NCBI GenBank assembly: GCA_035262885.1
Contig: DATFRZ010000063.1
Coordinates: 9,062 to 73,061, forward strand
Source: Candidatus Acidiferrum sp.
Lineage (GTDB): Bacteria > Acidobacteriota > Terriglobia > Acidiferrales > UBA7541
Reading direction: 5' to 3'
DNA: 64,000 nt
The notes under the pieces are model-generated. The model searched no databases and was not told the origin of the DNA. It saw only the letters and a list, made by a program, of their open reading frames with translations. This document shows, one piece after another, positions 1-10,019 of the stretch (the stretch's first letter is position 1; every line of letters starts with the position of its first letter). The position numbers and the translations under genes were made by a program.

Positions 1-86
1 CAAATGGCATCCACGACGGTCTGCGCCATTTTTGCGGTGGCTGAGGTGTCCGGTGGATAGTAAAGATTGAGCAGAAGAATTCGCAA
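1..86 (-). CDS. Glycosyltransferase family 4, N-terminal part only (runs off left edge)
   Basis: Manual translation from TTG at 86: MRILLLNLYYPPDTSATAKMAQTVVDAI, a typical GT4 N-terminus; same strand as neighbouring glycan genes. Confidence 0.75.
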   Translation of the reverse strand, partial: MRILLLNLYYPPDTSATAKMAQTVVDAI

Positions 87-298
87 TCGTCTTCAGCCGC
101 ACAGCGGATTCAAGAATGTCTATGATGCGTCGTATTGCGCACGTATGTCGAACTGTTTCTGTTGGCTGGTGGAAATCGGCACGGTCTCATGTAAGGCTTC
201 CCCGACGCTGGTCGAGCAGCGGCGGCGGCGGCTCGTATCCGCTTCGCATCAAGCGGGTACGTACGCGGTTCAGCGCATGAGTCAAGGACCTTTGTGAT

Positions 299-2047
299 TC
301 ACTGACGCGTGATCAGCAGATCGCCCAAGACTAGCGCGTCCATTTGCGTGCGCTCGAAGCAGCCAATGGCTTCTTCCGGGCGGCAGACAATTGGCTCGTT
401 GTCGTTGAAGGACGTGTTCAGGACCACCGGGACACCCGAGAGATCGCCAAACGCGGAAATCAGAGCATGATAACGAGGATTCGCCTCTCGCGAGACGGTT
501 TGCAGGCGCCCCGTCCCGTCTACGTGCGTGGGTGCGGGAATTTTGTCGCGCTTCTCCGGACGAACGGAATACGCCAAAGTCATGAACGGCGAAGGATGGG
601 ATTTTTCAAAATACTCTGAAGTGGCTTCGGCGAGAATGGAAGGAGCGAACGGCCGGAAGATTTCGCGATGTTTGATGCGTCGGTTGAGAATCTCTTTGAT
701 TTCCGGGCGGCGCGGATCGGCTACGATGCTGCGGTTGCCCAGCGCGCGCGGGCCCCATTCCGCCCTTCCCTGAAACCAGCCGAGGATTTTGCCATCGGCG
801 ATGATGGCCGCGGCGCGAAGCGCTAATTCTTCTTCCTTGAGTTCGGCGATCGCACAACCATTTTGTGCCAGGCCGCTCGACTCGACCGCCCGAAGAATTT
901 CTTCCCGCGAATACTCAGGGCCCCAGTAGGCATGATCCATCACAAACGACCGCGGTTTGCCAAGAATCTGGTGCCACACGAAGAACGCGGCCCCGACGGA
1001 GAGCCCGCCGTCACCTGCCGCCGGATGAACGTAGACCCGCTCGAAGGGCGTCGCATCAAAAATCTTCCCGTTGGCCACGCAGTTATATGCAACGCCCCCC
1101 GCCAGGCAACCGGCTTTCAATCCTGTCCGGTCCGCAAGTTTTTTCAGCATGCCAAGATAGACTTCTTCCAGCCGCATCTGAAGAGAAGCCGCTAGGTTGC
1201 GATGGCGCTGCTGCAACGCCTGGTCCGCAGAGCGCGCGGGACCGAGCCGACGTTCCATCCCTTCGGAAAACAATTTGCCCAGCGTTGGCGTCTTGTCCGC
1301 TTCCGCCCAAGACATCTCCGGTCCCGTGCGATGGTGAGAAAAGTAATCCAGCCCCAACCGGAACCCGTTTCGACTGGAACCATTCTCGAAACGCAGGATG
1401 TCACGAAATAGTTCCAGTTGTTCCGGCTGCCCGTAGGCCGCCAGCCCCATGACTTTGTATTCGTCGCCGAATTTCAAGAAACCCAGATATTGCGTGACGG
1501 CGCTGTAAAAGAGGCCCAAGGAATGCGGAAACGCGATGGCCCCTTCAATCTTCATTTGGCTGCCACTGCCCGTTCCCCACATGGTGCTTGCGAAGTCGCC
1601 GAGACCGTCGGCGGAAAGCAGCGCCGCGCAGTCGAAAGGTGAGCAATAAAAGCTGCTGGCAAGATGCGCCTGGTGGTGCTCGATGCGATGAAACTTCGCG
1701 CGGATTTTCTTGGGATCGGCATCGAACGCCTGCGCCAGCGATTCACGAATTCCTTGGAATTTCACAAGGACTTTGGCGCGTTCGCGCGCGAACGAAGGCA
1801 TGCGCAGCGCGTAAAAAAGCTTGGTTGCCAGTCGCGCGTAAGGATTTCGCGGCACCCCGACGTGGTCAATTTCGTTGAGCGTCAGACGGGCCGCTTTCAA
1901 GCAATAGCGTATCGCTTGCGCGGGAAATCCGGCAGCGTACTTGACGCGGTTGAATCGTTCCTCTTCCACGGCTGCGATCAGCTTGCCGTCACACACCACC
2001 GCCGCGGAAGCGTTGCCGTGGTACGCATTGATCCCTAAAATGTTCAT
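299..2047 (-). CDS. Carbamoyltransferase, NodU/CmcH/TobZ family
   Basis: Motifs ILGINAYHGNASAA, AVEEERFNR, IEHHQAH, EWGPRALGNRS, RPFAPS, HVDGTGRLQTV, LNTSFN. Confidence 0.95.
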   Translation of the reverse strand: MNILGINAYHGNASAAVVCDGKLIAAVEEERFNRVKYAAGFPAQAIRYCLKAARLTLNEIDHVGVPRNPYARLATKLFYALRMPSFARERAKVLVKFQGIRESLAQAFDADPKKIRAKFHRIEHHQAHLASSFYCSPFDCAALLSADGLGDFASTMWGTGSGSQMKIEGAIAFPHSLGLFYSAVTQYLGFLKFGDEYKVMGLAAYGQPEQLELFRDILRFENGSSRNGFRLGLDYFSHHRTGPEMSWAEADKTPTLGKLFSEGMERRLGPARSADQALQQRHRNLAASLQMRLEEVYLGMLKKLADRTGLKAGCLAGGVAYNCVANGKIFDATPFERVYVHPAAGDGGLSVGAAFFVWHQILGKPRSFVMDHAYWGPEYSREEILRAVESSGLAQNGCAIAELKEEELALRAAAIIADGKILGWFQGRAEWGPRALGNRSIVADPRRPEIKEILNRRIKHREIFRPFAPSILAEATSEYFEKSHPSPFMTLAYSVRPEKRDKIPAPTHVDGTGRLQTVSREANPRYHALISAFGDLSGVPVVLNTSFNDNEPIVCRPEEAIGCFERTQMDALVLGDLLITRQ

Positions 2048-2072
2048 GGCGTGATGAGTCAGTTTACCTCAC

Positions 2073-2114
2073 GGGGACGGGGATTCGGGACAAGGGGTTA
2101 GGGAACAAGGAATT
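2073..2114. repeat. Degenerate heptamer tandem repeat (6 units)
   Basis: ggggacg gggattc gggacaa ggggtta gggaaca aggaatt; 7-nt period, at the stop of the four-helix-bundle remnant. Confidence 0.65.
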
Positions 2115-2470
2115 AAGAAGCGGAGATTCTTTGGATCAGTGTAGTTAGCATCCGGCCGATTTGGCCCGTTTGTTGAAGAGCAGATTTCATATCCGGTTCT
2201 TGAACGTACTCGAGGCGGGCGGCAATGAAGAAATGAGTTTCAAGCTCCGCAACAGAACCAACGGCGATCCGCAAATGATGCATGTATTCCTTGCGATGCC
2301 AGCGGTCAAACGCCTCAGCAGTGTTCGCTCGAACAGACACGGCGCGCGCTGCCTTTGGGCCCGCAAACCAAAAAGCGCTTGTTGAGCAAGCCTGCTTGCG
2401 GGTTTATAGGTTTCGGCCATACGCGCAAGTCCCGGTAGCTCTTGGGCTTTTTATTCTCGGTACGAGCCAT
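2113..2470 (-). pseudogene. Four-helix-bundle protein (S23/IVP family), frameshifted
   Basis: Three pieces in different frames: MARTENKKPKSYRDLRVW / AETYKPASRLAQQALFGLRAQRQRA / VSVRANTAEAFDRWHRKEYMHHLRIAVGSVAELETH; matches family pattern SYRDL.VW...GL..Q..RAAVS...NIAEG...IA.GS..ELET. Confidence 0.85.
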
Positions 2471-2529
2471 TTTCCGTTCACGCCGAGCACACGTCAGGCA
2501 ACAGCGAATCCCTAGTTATCCCCCATCCC

Positions 2530-4482
2530 TTAAAAGAATTTTCGGCACCATTCGTTCAGCACATAAAGCGACCACGGGCGGGACCAAGAGGTTTTCCCCG
2601 CGAGGAAATCGCTCCAAACGCTTTCGACTCCGCCTGGCCGCAGCACTGGCGCAAGCGAAGGCGCGGGACTCGCGAAGCTAGCCTCCAGCTTTTTTTTCAG
2701 CGGCCCCCGCAGCCATTCTCCCCACGGCAGCGTAAACGTGCGCTTTTTCTGTCCGAGAATTTCTCTCGGCAACAAATCTCGAATCGCTTCCACAAGCAAG
2801 GCTTTCTGCATTCCCGGTTGCTGACGCACGGGGTCCGGCAGGGCGCTCACAAATTCCGTCAGCGGGGTGTCCAGCAGCGGCACGCGCACTTCGAGTGACT
2901 GCGACATGCTCACGGAATCCGTGTCCCGCAGCAGCGTGCTCGCCATGTAACTGCGCATCTCCAGCCAGGAGACTCCGGCCACTGGCTGCAGCTTCCGCGC
3001 TTCGTCGGCGGCGCTTTGCTGCCATCCGAGCCAGGTCGGCTCGAGTGTTACGCCGTCCGGTCCGATCGTACTGGGCCGGAATCGCGGCTCGATAATTTGT
3101 TCCAGTTTTCCTGGCGGAAAAAGCGTGCGAGTGAAGAAATACGGATGCGGGAGAGCGTCGGGAGAAACCCAGGCGGCAAGTGCTTTGCGCCCCGCATCCG
3201 GTGAACCGCCGTTTCCGGCGAGCATAGCAACAAGCAGCTTTGTCAATCCCCTTGCGAAAGCAGGCACAAACCAGGCCGTGCGAATCAGTCTCGCCATTCG
3301 AGGAGTGTCGGCAAACGTTCGGTATCCGGCAAAAAGCTCATCGCCTCCCAGACCAGAGAGCGCTACTTTCAGCCCGACTTTCCTCGCTGCCCACGACACA
3401 AAATAGGTGTTTACTGCATCCATCGTGGGCTGGTCTAGCGCGGCGACGGCTTCGTTGAGGCGCTCCACGACCGCTCCGCCGTCAAGCGGCACTTCGGTGT
3501 GCTTTGTCCCGCAGTGCCGCGCAATCACGCGAGCTGCTGGTCCCTCATCAAAAGCCGTGCCTGGAAACGCAAGCGTAAAGCTCTGAATTCCCGCTTGCGC
3601 TTTTGCGGCCAGCGCGGCGATGGCACCCGAATCCAGCCCACTTGAAAGGAACAATCCCACCGGAACATCCGCGATCAAATGCGTGTTCACGGCATCCTCG
3701 AGCATCGGTCGCAACCTCTTGGCTGCGGAAGCCAAGTCGCGCGGTTTTCGCGAGTCCCTAGCCGCCGGAGAAAGCGCGGGGTGCCACCATTGCCGAGCGC
3801 GCGGCACTCGGCGGCGCTCGGGAACGTGCAGCAGCATTCGGTGACCCGGAGGCAGGCTGAACACGCCTTCGACCAACGTCACGGGCTCGCTGACGCTGCC
3901 GAATAATAGGTAAGAGGTCAGAGCGTCCCGCGATAGGCTTTTTTGCGCCACGCCGGCCGCAAGAAGCGCCCGCATTTCCGAAGCAAACGCAAATCCTTCG
4001 GGCGTTTGCGTGTAATAGAGCGGCTTGATCCCCAGGGGATCCCGCGCCAGAAAAAGGATAGGGGCGGTGGCGTAGCGCTTGCGCAGGTCAAGCAGCGCGA
4101 ACGCAAACATTCCGCGCAGCTCGTTCAGCGCATCTTCGCCCCACTCTTCCCAGGCATGGACGAGGATTTCCGTGTCGGATTGCGTTGCGAAGCGGTGTCC
4201 GCAAAGGAGCAGGCGCTCGCGCAAGTCGCGGTAGCCGTACAACTCACCGTTGAACACGACCGCGACGTCCTTGGTTTCGTTCCAGAGGGGCTGGTGGCCG
4301 CCGGCCAGGTCGATAATGCTCAGCCGGCGCATTCCCAGAGCAAGCCCCGGCGCGCGGGCCTCGCCAAGGAGGAACCCTTCTTCATCCGGGCCGCGGTGGC
4401 ACATCGCGGCGCACATGGCCCGTACTCGCGATTCTGCCTCGGCATTGCGCGAAGTGAAGGCGACGCCGCAAATCCCGCACAC
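2530..4482 (-). CDS. asnB: Asparagine synthase (glutamine-hydrolysing)-family amidotransferase
   Basis: N-terminal MCGICG, RRLSIIDL, FNGE, SDTE, RDPLGIKPLYY, LSSGLDS, SGLGGDELFAGY, SLEVRVPLLD. Confidence 0.95.
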   Translation of the reverse strand: MCGICGVAFTSRNAEAESRVRAMCAAMCHRGPDEEGFLLGEARAPGLALGMRRLSIIDLAGGHQPLWNETKDVAVVFNGELYGYRDLRERLLLCGHRFATQSDTEILVHAWEEWGEDALNELRGMFAFALLDLRKRYATAPILFLARDPLGIKPLYYTQTPEGFAFASEMRALLAAGVAQKSLSRDALTSYLLFGSVSEPVTLVEGVFSLPPGHRMLLHVPERRRVPRARQWWHPALSPAARDSRKPRDLASAAKRLRPMLEDAVNTHLIADVPVGLFLSSGLDSGAIAALAAKAQAGIQSFTLAFPGTAFDEGPAARVIARHCGTKHTEVPLDGGAVVERLNEAVAALDQPTMDAVNTYFVSWAARKVGLKVALSGLGGDELFAGYRTFADTPRMARLIRTAWFVPAFARGLTKLLVAMLAGNGGSPDAGRKALAAWVSPDALPHPYFFTRTLFPPGKLEQIIEPRFRPSTIGPDGVTLEPTWLGWQQSAADEARKLQPVAGVSWLEMRSYMASTLLRDTDSVSMSQSLEVRVPLLDTPLTEFVSALPDPVRQQPGMQKALLVEAIRDLLPREILGQKKRTFTLPWGEWLRGPLKKKLEASFASPAPSLAPVLRPGGVESVWSDFLAGKTSWSRPWSLYVLNEWCRKFF

Positions 4483-4483
4483 G

Positions 4484-5341
4484 CTATTCTTTGATCTCCG
4501 GTGTGGAGAAGAACGCTAGGCCCGCACGCATCAAGTTTTCCCGAAAGTGGAAGCGGGGAATTCGCAGCATGCTGTCGGCGTACCACGCCAGGACTTGCCG
4601 GAACAACAGAAGAAGCAGAAAGGCCGTTGAGGCTAGCACTAAATAAAAGAAGGATTCGCGTTCCAAGAGCAGGCCCCAATCCACTGCTTCTTCCCAGGTC
4701 GGGTAGATGAAATCGAGAACCTTTCGCAAGTGGAACCCCTGGAACGGCAGGCGGGCCAATCGCACGTGGGCGACGTGCTCGTAGGTGTACTCGCTCGGGT
4801 AGTTTGGGATGGCGCCGGTCGCTTCCGCGAACAGTTCCGGCCGTTGCAAATCCGCGCGTGTCAGCATCCTTCCGCGCGCATCGCGCATAATCATCCGGTA
4901 CGTAGGATCGACAACAATCCAGCGCCCGTCGATCAGCACTTCGGCGACAACGTGCTTGGTGTTGGCATCAGCCGTCAGCAGCAGCAATCTGCGCACGCGC
5001 AAATCATCCTCACGCGCTAGATTCAAGAAAGCATTCGTCGCCGTGCCGCACACTTGTAATAATTTTTGGTAGTTGAGAGTGACGTGCGGATCGCGTGTCG
5101 AGAGACCATCGGGGTTGCCTGGTGCGCGGGACGGTTCGACGCGCATCCAATCCAGAATGGCTTGAACCTTAGGTTCCGGCGGCAGAATGCCGGGTACGAT
5201 CGCGTCCGAAAATCCGTCCAGATACCAGCGGATGGCAAATTCCCGCACTCCGGTATAAGCCACAGCGACAAGCGCCACAGCCAAGAGTAGGTTGCAACTC
5301 CACCATACCGCGCGGAAAACAGGATGTTTTGGTTTGGGCAC
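4484..5341 (-). CDS. Membrane-anchored transglutaminase-like protein
   Basis: Cys-His-Asp motifs VCGTATNAF / KHVVAEV / WIVVDPTY between two hydrophobic helices. Confidence 0.8.
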   Translation of the reverse strand: MPKPKHPVFRAVWWSCNLLLAVALVAVAYTGVREFAIRWYLDGFSDAIVPGILPPEPKVQAILDWMRVEPSRAPGNPDGLSTRDPHVTLNYQKLLQVCGTATNAFLNLAREDDLRVRRLLLLTADANTKHVVAEVLIDGRWIVVDPTYRMIMRDARGRMLTRADLQRPELFAEATGAIPNYPSEYTYEHVAHVRLARLPFQGFHLRKVLDFIYPTWEEAVDWGLLLERESFFYLVLASTAFLLLLLFRQVLAWYADSMLRIPRFHFRENLMRAGLAFFSTPEIKE

Positions 5342-5348
5342 CGCAAAC

Positions 5349-6548
5349 CTACTCTAGTTGCTGGGTTTCGGACACACACCCACGGTACAAGAACTCCATT
5401 TCGCGGATAGGACCTTCCCATCCCAGGTCCAACGCGACTTTAGCGCATCCCGACTGGAGATGTCCATGAAGTTTGCTATCGGTCAAAATATGGCCAAGCG
5501 CCTCCGCCAGATCGCGTGCGTCGTGTCTCACCACCAGCCCGGCTCGATCTGCAAGTAGAGGAGCGATCCCACATTGTTCCGTCACAATTACCGGCGTGCC
5601 GGCCACAACGGCCTCCGCCGCGGTATTTCCAAAGTTTTCGTTTTGTGACGGAAGGACAAAAATGTCGGCGTCCCGGTAAGCCGCCCACTTATCCAGGTGA
5701 AACACCGGGCCGGCAAATTGAACGTCATGGCTGACATCCAGTCGCTTCGCCATTTGCTCCAGTCGCGCCTTCATCGCGTTCTCGTCGGGTCCCACAAAAG
5801 CCAGCTTGATTCCTTCCAATCGTTTTCTTACTTCAGCGAAAGCCCGCAGCAACAACTCTGGACTCTTTTTCTCAGATAGACGTCCGAGAAAGAGCACAAG
5901 TTTCGTATCTTTTGAAATCCGGAGCATGCTCCGAAATGCTCCGAACTCCGGCAACGATTTCGGCGTTTCCACCCCGTTTCTGCGCATGATGATTTTCTCT
6001 CGCGGGATTCCTCCGGACGCCATCTCTTCGATCTCCTGCTCCGAAGTGGCCACAATGGCGGATGCTCCTCGGAGCATTCGTCTCCCCCATACCCGGTGGT
6101 AAATGCGTTTCAGCCAAAGGCTTCGCACAATGGGAACAAACATCCCGATGGGCTCGACTACGTAGGGGATCGCTCGTTTCCGGCAGGCCGCCGCGACCGT
6201 CGGACCTAGCAGATCGTACAAACCAAAGATATGCGCGACGTCGAAATTCTCCAGCTGCGCCCGGCAATATCGATCCACAGCGGGGTTCCAGCTCACTTGC
6301 CGGTAATGCAGCCAGGTCGGCAGGTAAATCGCCTCGACACTATTCTCTTTGCGTCGGTAGCCGTAAGGCGACCGCTCCGCGGCGCGTTTCTCCCACGCCG
6401 GGCGCTTTGCGAACCCCCAGTCGGCCGTCAGCACGGTTACTTGATGTTCCTTTCGGGCCAGGCCTTCGGCAAGCGCCCGCACCTTCACGGGCGGCCCTCC
6501 AAATTCAAGAAATGGCGCGTAGGTTTCCGTGACGTTCAGGATTCGCAT
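5349..6548 (-). CDS. Glycosyltransferase family 4
   Basis: LFLGRLSEKK, FVLPSQNENFGNTAAEAVVAGTPVI (EX7E motif). Confidence 0.93.
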   Translation of the reverse strand: MRILNVTETYAPFLEFGGPPVKVRALAEGLARKEHQVTVLTADWGFAKRPAWEKRAAERSPYGYRRKENSVEAIYLPTWLHYRQVSWNPAVDRYCRAQLENFDVAHIFGLYDLLGPTVAAACRKRAIPYVVEPIGMFVPIVRSLWLKRIYHRVWGRRMLRGASAIVATSEQEIEEMASGGIPREKIIMRRNGVETPKSLPEFGAFRSMLRISKDTKLVLFLGRLSEKKSPELLLRAFAEVRKRLEGIKLAFVGPDENAMKARLEQMAKRLDVSHDVQFAGPVFHLDKWAAYRDADIFVLPSQNENFGNTAAEAVVAGTPVIVTEQCGIAPLLADRAGLVVRHDARDLAEALGHILTDSKLHGHLQSGCAKVALDLGWEGPIREMEFLYRGCVSETQQLE

Positions 6549-7645
6549 TGATCGCGCAGGATTTTTTTTAGAGCTTTCACAAAGTTCTGGAAGCGGTATT
6601 CGTGATCCACGGTTTGGCGGCCGCGCGCGCCCATTTCCCTAGCGTGTTGCGGATCCGCGAGCAGGGTCTGGAGTGCCGTAGCGAGTTGCATGGGATCCCC
6701 GTGGGGTACCAAATAGCCGGTAACGCCATCTTGAATCAGCTCCGGCGCTCCCCCGTGTGTCCCTCCAATCACGGGCTTGCCGCAGGCCATGGCCTCCAAA
6801 TACACCAGCCCGAATCCCTCGCCTCGACTGGGCAAAGCGAAAATCTCGCACGCTCGGTAGCACGCCGCCAATTCTTCGTTACTCAGCCCATTGAGAAAAT
6901 GCACGTGGCGCTCCACGCCATTTTTCTCCGCAAAGTCTTCGAGCCACGCCCGATCGTCTCCGGATCCGGCCAGGACCAACTGCAGCTCCGGCCAGGTCGT
7001 CAGAAGCCGCGGCAGCGTCGTAATCAGCGTATCCATACCTTTGTAGCGTTCCGCCGCCACCCAGCGTCCCGCCGTTAAAATGATCCGCCCGTTTGGGAAT
7101 TCTCGCGGCGGTTTCGATGCTGTATTCGCAAGCAGCACCTCGAATTGCGGGTCGAGTGCCCAGGGCAGCACGCGAATTCGCTCGCGCGCGACTTCCTGTT
7201 GCGTAGCCACTTGCTCTGCCGTGTCACGGCTCGGCGCAAGCACGAGATTTGCCCGCCGCAGCGCCGCCCGCCGCAAGCGTCCGAGCGGTTCCCACACTTC
7301 GACGCCGTGGGTGCAGACGATACTCTTCATCCTCGGGGCAACCACGCGCATGGCCTGAACCACCGGCGCGAGGTTCGGATGTGCGGTCAGGACCATCTTC
7401 GCGTCCCGTTTCGCGGCGCGCAGCGCCGTCACCGCGAGGCGCGCTTTGGCCCTCTGGCAACCGGTAAACACAAATTCCCGCCCGCCTACCGAGGCGCGGT
7501 GCAATTCTGGCGAGTCATTTAGACTGAGCAACCGGCAATCCCACCCGCGGCTGGAAGCAAACTCCGTCAGCACCGCCGCCAGATGGCGCCCCACGCGCTG
7601 CACCCCACCGGGTGCATCCAGTTCTGGGAACAGACCTATGACCAC
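6536..7645 (-). CDS. Glycosyltransferase family 4
   Basis: GGVQR, RYKGMD, FALPSRGEGFGLVYLEAMACGKPVIG. Confidence 0.93.
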   Translation of the reverse strand: MVIGLFPELDAPGGVQRVGRHLAAVLTEFASSRGWDCRLLSLNDSPELHRASVGGREFVFTGCQRAKARLAVTALRAAKRDAKMVLTAHPNLAPVVQAMRVVAPRMKSIVCTHGVEVWEPLGRLRRAALRRANLVLAPSRDTAEQVATQQEVARERIRVLPWALDPQFEVLLANTASKPPREFPNGRIILTAGRWVAAERYKGMDTLITTLPRLLTTWPELQLVLAGSGDDRAWLEDFAEKNGVERHVHFLNGLSNEELAACYRACEIFALPSRGEGFGLVYLEAMACGKPVIGGTHGGAPELIQDGVTGYLVPHGDPMQLATALQTLLADPQHAREMGARGRQTVDHEYRFQNFVKALKKILRDQCES

Positions 7646-7844
7646 GCGCTGAGTCTGCCAACTGCCGCGCCTATTAGCAAGTACATCTCCAGGGAAAGTG
7701 GTTCAAAGCCAATGACACTTCGCGCGGCCGAAGGTTGTTCCCGCGACTGGGCCGGGCGAGTTTGTTGGTCCCCCTCCACTGGGTCAGAGTTCGAAGGTTT
7801 GCTCTCCCTTCACTCGAATGTTAGACTCCGTTCGATTCTCTCCT

Positions 7845-9974
7845 ATGAAACAGGTAACTTCGCCTCCCCGGTCCTTCCCTGCATTTGCGTCTTTTCTTCT
7901 AGGTTCCTGCTTGCTATTTGTGGAGTTCTCCTCCACGGTTTTTTCCCAGTCCGGCAGACCAAGAGAAAGCCTTCACGGCGTTCTATCACGCGTCCAGTTA
8001 ACCCCACCCCTGCGCAGCGGCTCGTTCTATGTGCGGTTCAGCTCCGACGGCCGATACCTACTGGCGAAGGATTCCACAGGAGTCTCTGTCTTTTCCACCG
8101 ACCAATTGAAGTTTGTCGTGCACATCGAGGCGGATAAGCTCTATCACGCTTCCTTTACCCCCGATTCGCGAGCCATCCGGATTGTTGCTCGCGATCTGCG
8201 CGTGGCTACCAGAAATCTCGAGAACCTGGAACAACTCGATCTCAAGACTTTGGCGACAACGGAAGGCTGCTTGAGTGTCGCCGTTTCATCGAGCGGAACG
8301 CGACTCGCGTGCACCCAACCCGACTTCTCGCTCAGAGTTTTTGACCTTGCGACCAGCGAAGAGGTCTACAGCGGTCCCCCGGACAAGGTTCTTACCGATA
8401 ATGCAAGGACGGTGTTGCCGTTGGATACAAACGGCGTCTATGCAGGTCCCATAGGATTCATCATGGTTAATTCCTGGGCGCCCCTGGCCGATCGCGTTGG
8501 GCAGATTGTTCCCATGCTTTTTTCTCCGAACGCCCAAGAACTAATAGTCGGGAGCCCTCGCGGGGGCGGCTTTCGTATTGACCTGCAAACCCAGAAAAAA
8601 TTGAATCTTCCCGGCTCCATCAAGGACCACCTGCATTCTTCCCTGGCTTGGCTGGATGGAAATCGCGTCTTGGCTTCTGAGCGGGAAAAACCGCATACGC
8701 CCAAGATTTTTTCGCTGGAAAGTGGCGCGACCCTGTCTGCGCTTCCGTTCACATCCAATTCGTTTCGAGCCTGCAGCAACCCGCGATATCTGCTCCTTCA
8801 TGATTTCGGGACTTCGGGCGGACGCATTTTTGATATGGAGGAGAACGGCCTCTTGGATATTCCTGAGAACATCGGCGTTGACGTGTTCGGTTCAATCATG
8901 GCGCTGCTAATCGAGGACGGAGAACTATACCTGTACCATATTGGGGATAAACTTCCATACAGGATGGCCCATCTTCCGCTGGGCAACTTACCGGAATTGC
9001 GCGTCGCTTCGGTTGATTCCGGTCTTAAATTCCTTAACCTCGCCGTTGATGGCCGAGGTGCTGTTTTTTCCATCAGCGCCGGCGGCCGCATAGGAGATTT
9101 TGCAAAGTTTCTGGCCGCTTACACCAGAGATGCTTCTGCAAGCTTCTTGACTGTGCCGCCTACTCCACTGGGGCCGGCGAAGATTCTGCGCCTGGATAGC
9201 ACGCTGCGCACTCTTTCTACCGTTGCACCTCTTAGCGACGAGATTCTGCGTTCCGGCGGCTCCATCCTTCTCGAATATTCCCTCGATAATCCCCTGGGCA
9301 AAGGGATGATGTTCAACATGGAGGGCGATGTCCGCTATCGGCTGCGCGCTCTCGATCCGCAGACCGGAGCCGTCCTTTGGAAGCGCTCGTTCTTTCGAGA
9401 CACTCCCGTGCCGTTCCCGGACCCGCAAGGCACCCGTCTCGTGCTGGGCTGGCGGGCACAGAGCGATGAAGCGAAAGACGCCGCCGGCCACTTCCCGGTA
9501 GCCAAGCAAATCTTTAAGAGAGCCAAACTCGACGAACACGATACCTTTTTTGAGGTGCTGGACACCCGCTCCGGCAAATCGCTAGGCGGAGTGTTGGTCC
9601 AAGTGGGAAACCATGCGTCCAGCTTTGACGCCGCCTTCTCTGAAGGCGACACACTGTTTCTGCTCAAGGATGGAATGCGCGTTTCTCTCTATTCGTTGAG
9701 CGCTGGTGCCCTCAAAGCAAAACTTGTAGGAGACCGACCGGCAGCGAACGGCTTGAGCAATTTCCTCGCGTTGAATGAAGGTGCGGGTAAACTGGCGCTC
9801 TACGATGCCAATACCGGGACAAAACTCGACCAGCTTTTATTTCCGGATGGCATCGCCTATTCGCACTTCTCTGAGGACGGAAAGCGTCTTTTTGTCCTCA
9901 CCGAGCGTCAAGTGGCATTTGTGCTGGACGTAAGCACGGTCCCACGCCCCCACTCGGTTTCATCGGTAAATTAG
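7845..9974 (+). CDS. Secreted WD40/beta-propeller repeat protein
   Basis: Hydrophobic N-terminal signal; repeated FSSDGR, FTPDSR, FSPNAQ, FSEDGK blade motifs; start could be 7818. Confidence 0.7.
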   Translation: MKQVTSPPRSFPAFASFLLGSCLLFVEFSSTVFSQSGRPRESLHGVLSRVQLTPPLRSGSFYVRFSSDGRYLLAKDSTGVSVFSTDQLKFVVHIEADKLYHASFTPDSRAIRIVARDLRVATRNLENLEQLDLKTLATTEGCLSVAVSSSGTRLACTQPDFSLRVFDLATSEEVYSGPPDKVLTDNARTVLPLDTNGVYAGPIGFIMVNSWAPLADRVGQIVPMLFSPNAQELIVGSPRGGGFRIDLQTQKKLNLPGSIKDHLHSSLAWLDGNRVLASEREKPHTPKIFSLESGATLSALPFTSNSFRACSNPRYLLLHDFGTSGGRIFDMEENGLLDIPENIGVDVFGSIMALLIEDGELYLYHIGDKLPYRMAHLPLGNLPELRVASVDSGLKFLNLAVDGRGAVFSISAGGRIGDFAKFLAAYTRDASASFLTVPPTPLGPAKILRLDSTLRTLSTVAPLSDEILRSGGSILLEYSLDNPLGKGMMFNMEGDVRYRLRALDPQTGAVLWKRSFFRDTPVPFPDPQGTRLVLGWRAQSDEAKDAAGHFPVAKQIFKRAKLDEHDTFFEVLDTRSGKSLGGVLVQVGNHASSFDAAFSEGDTLFLLKDGMRVSLYSLSAGALKAKLVGDRPAANGLSNFLALNEGAGKLALYDANTGTKLDQLLFPDGIAYSHFSEDGKRLFVLTERQVAFVLDVSTVPRPHSVSSVN

Positions 9975-10019
9975 TCCCGCCTGAGGAAGCAGTCGTTTCC
10001 CAGCGGGCGAAGCAAGGCG

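Noticed and set aside
67-297. 76-aa plus-strand ORF
   Set aside because: No recognisable motif; antisense within a minus-strand operon.
2530-5341. Lasso-peptide cluster (AsnB-like cyclase plus transglutaminase-like peptidase)
   Set aside because: AsnB keeps a full N-terminal Cys glutaminase domain, the TGase is membrane-bound, no PqqD/RRE or precursor is visible, and the context is glycosyltransferases.
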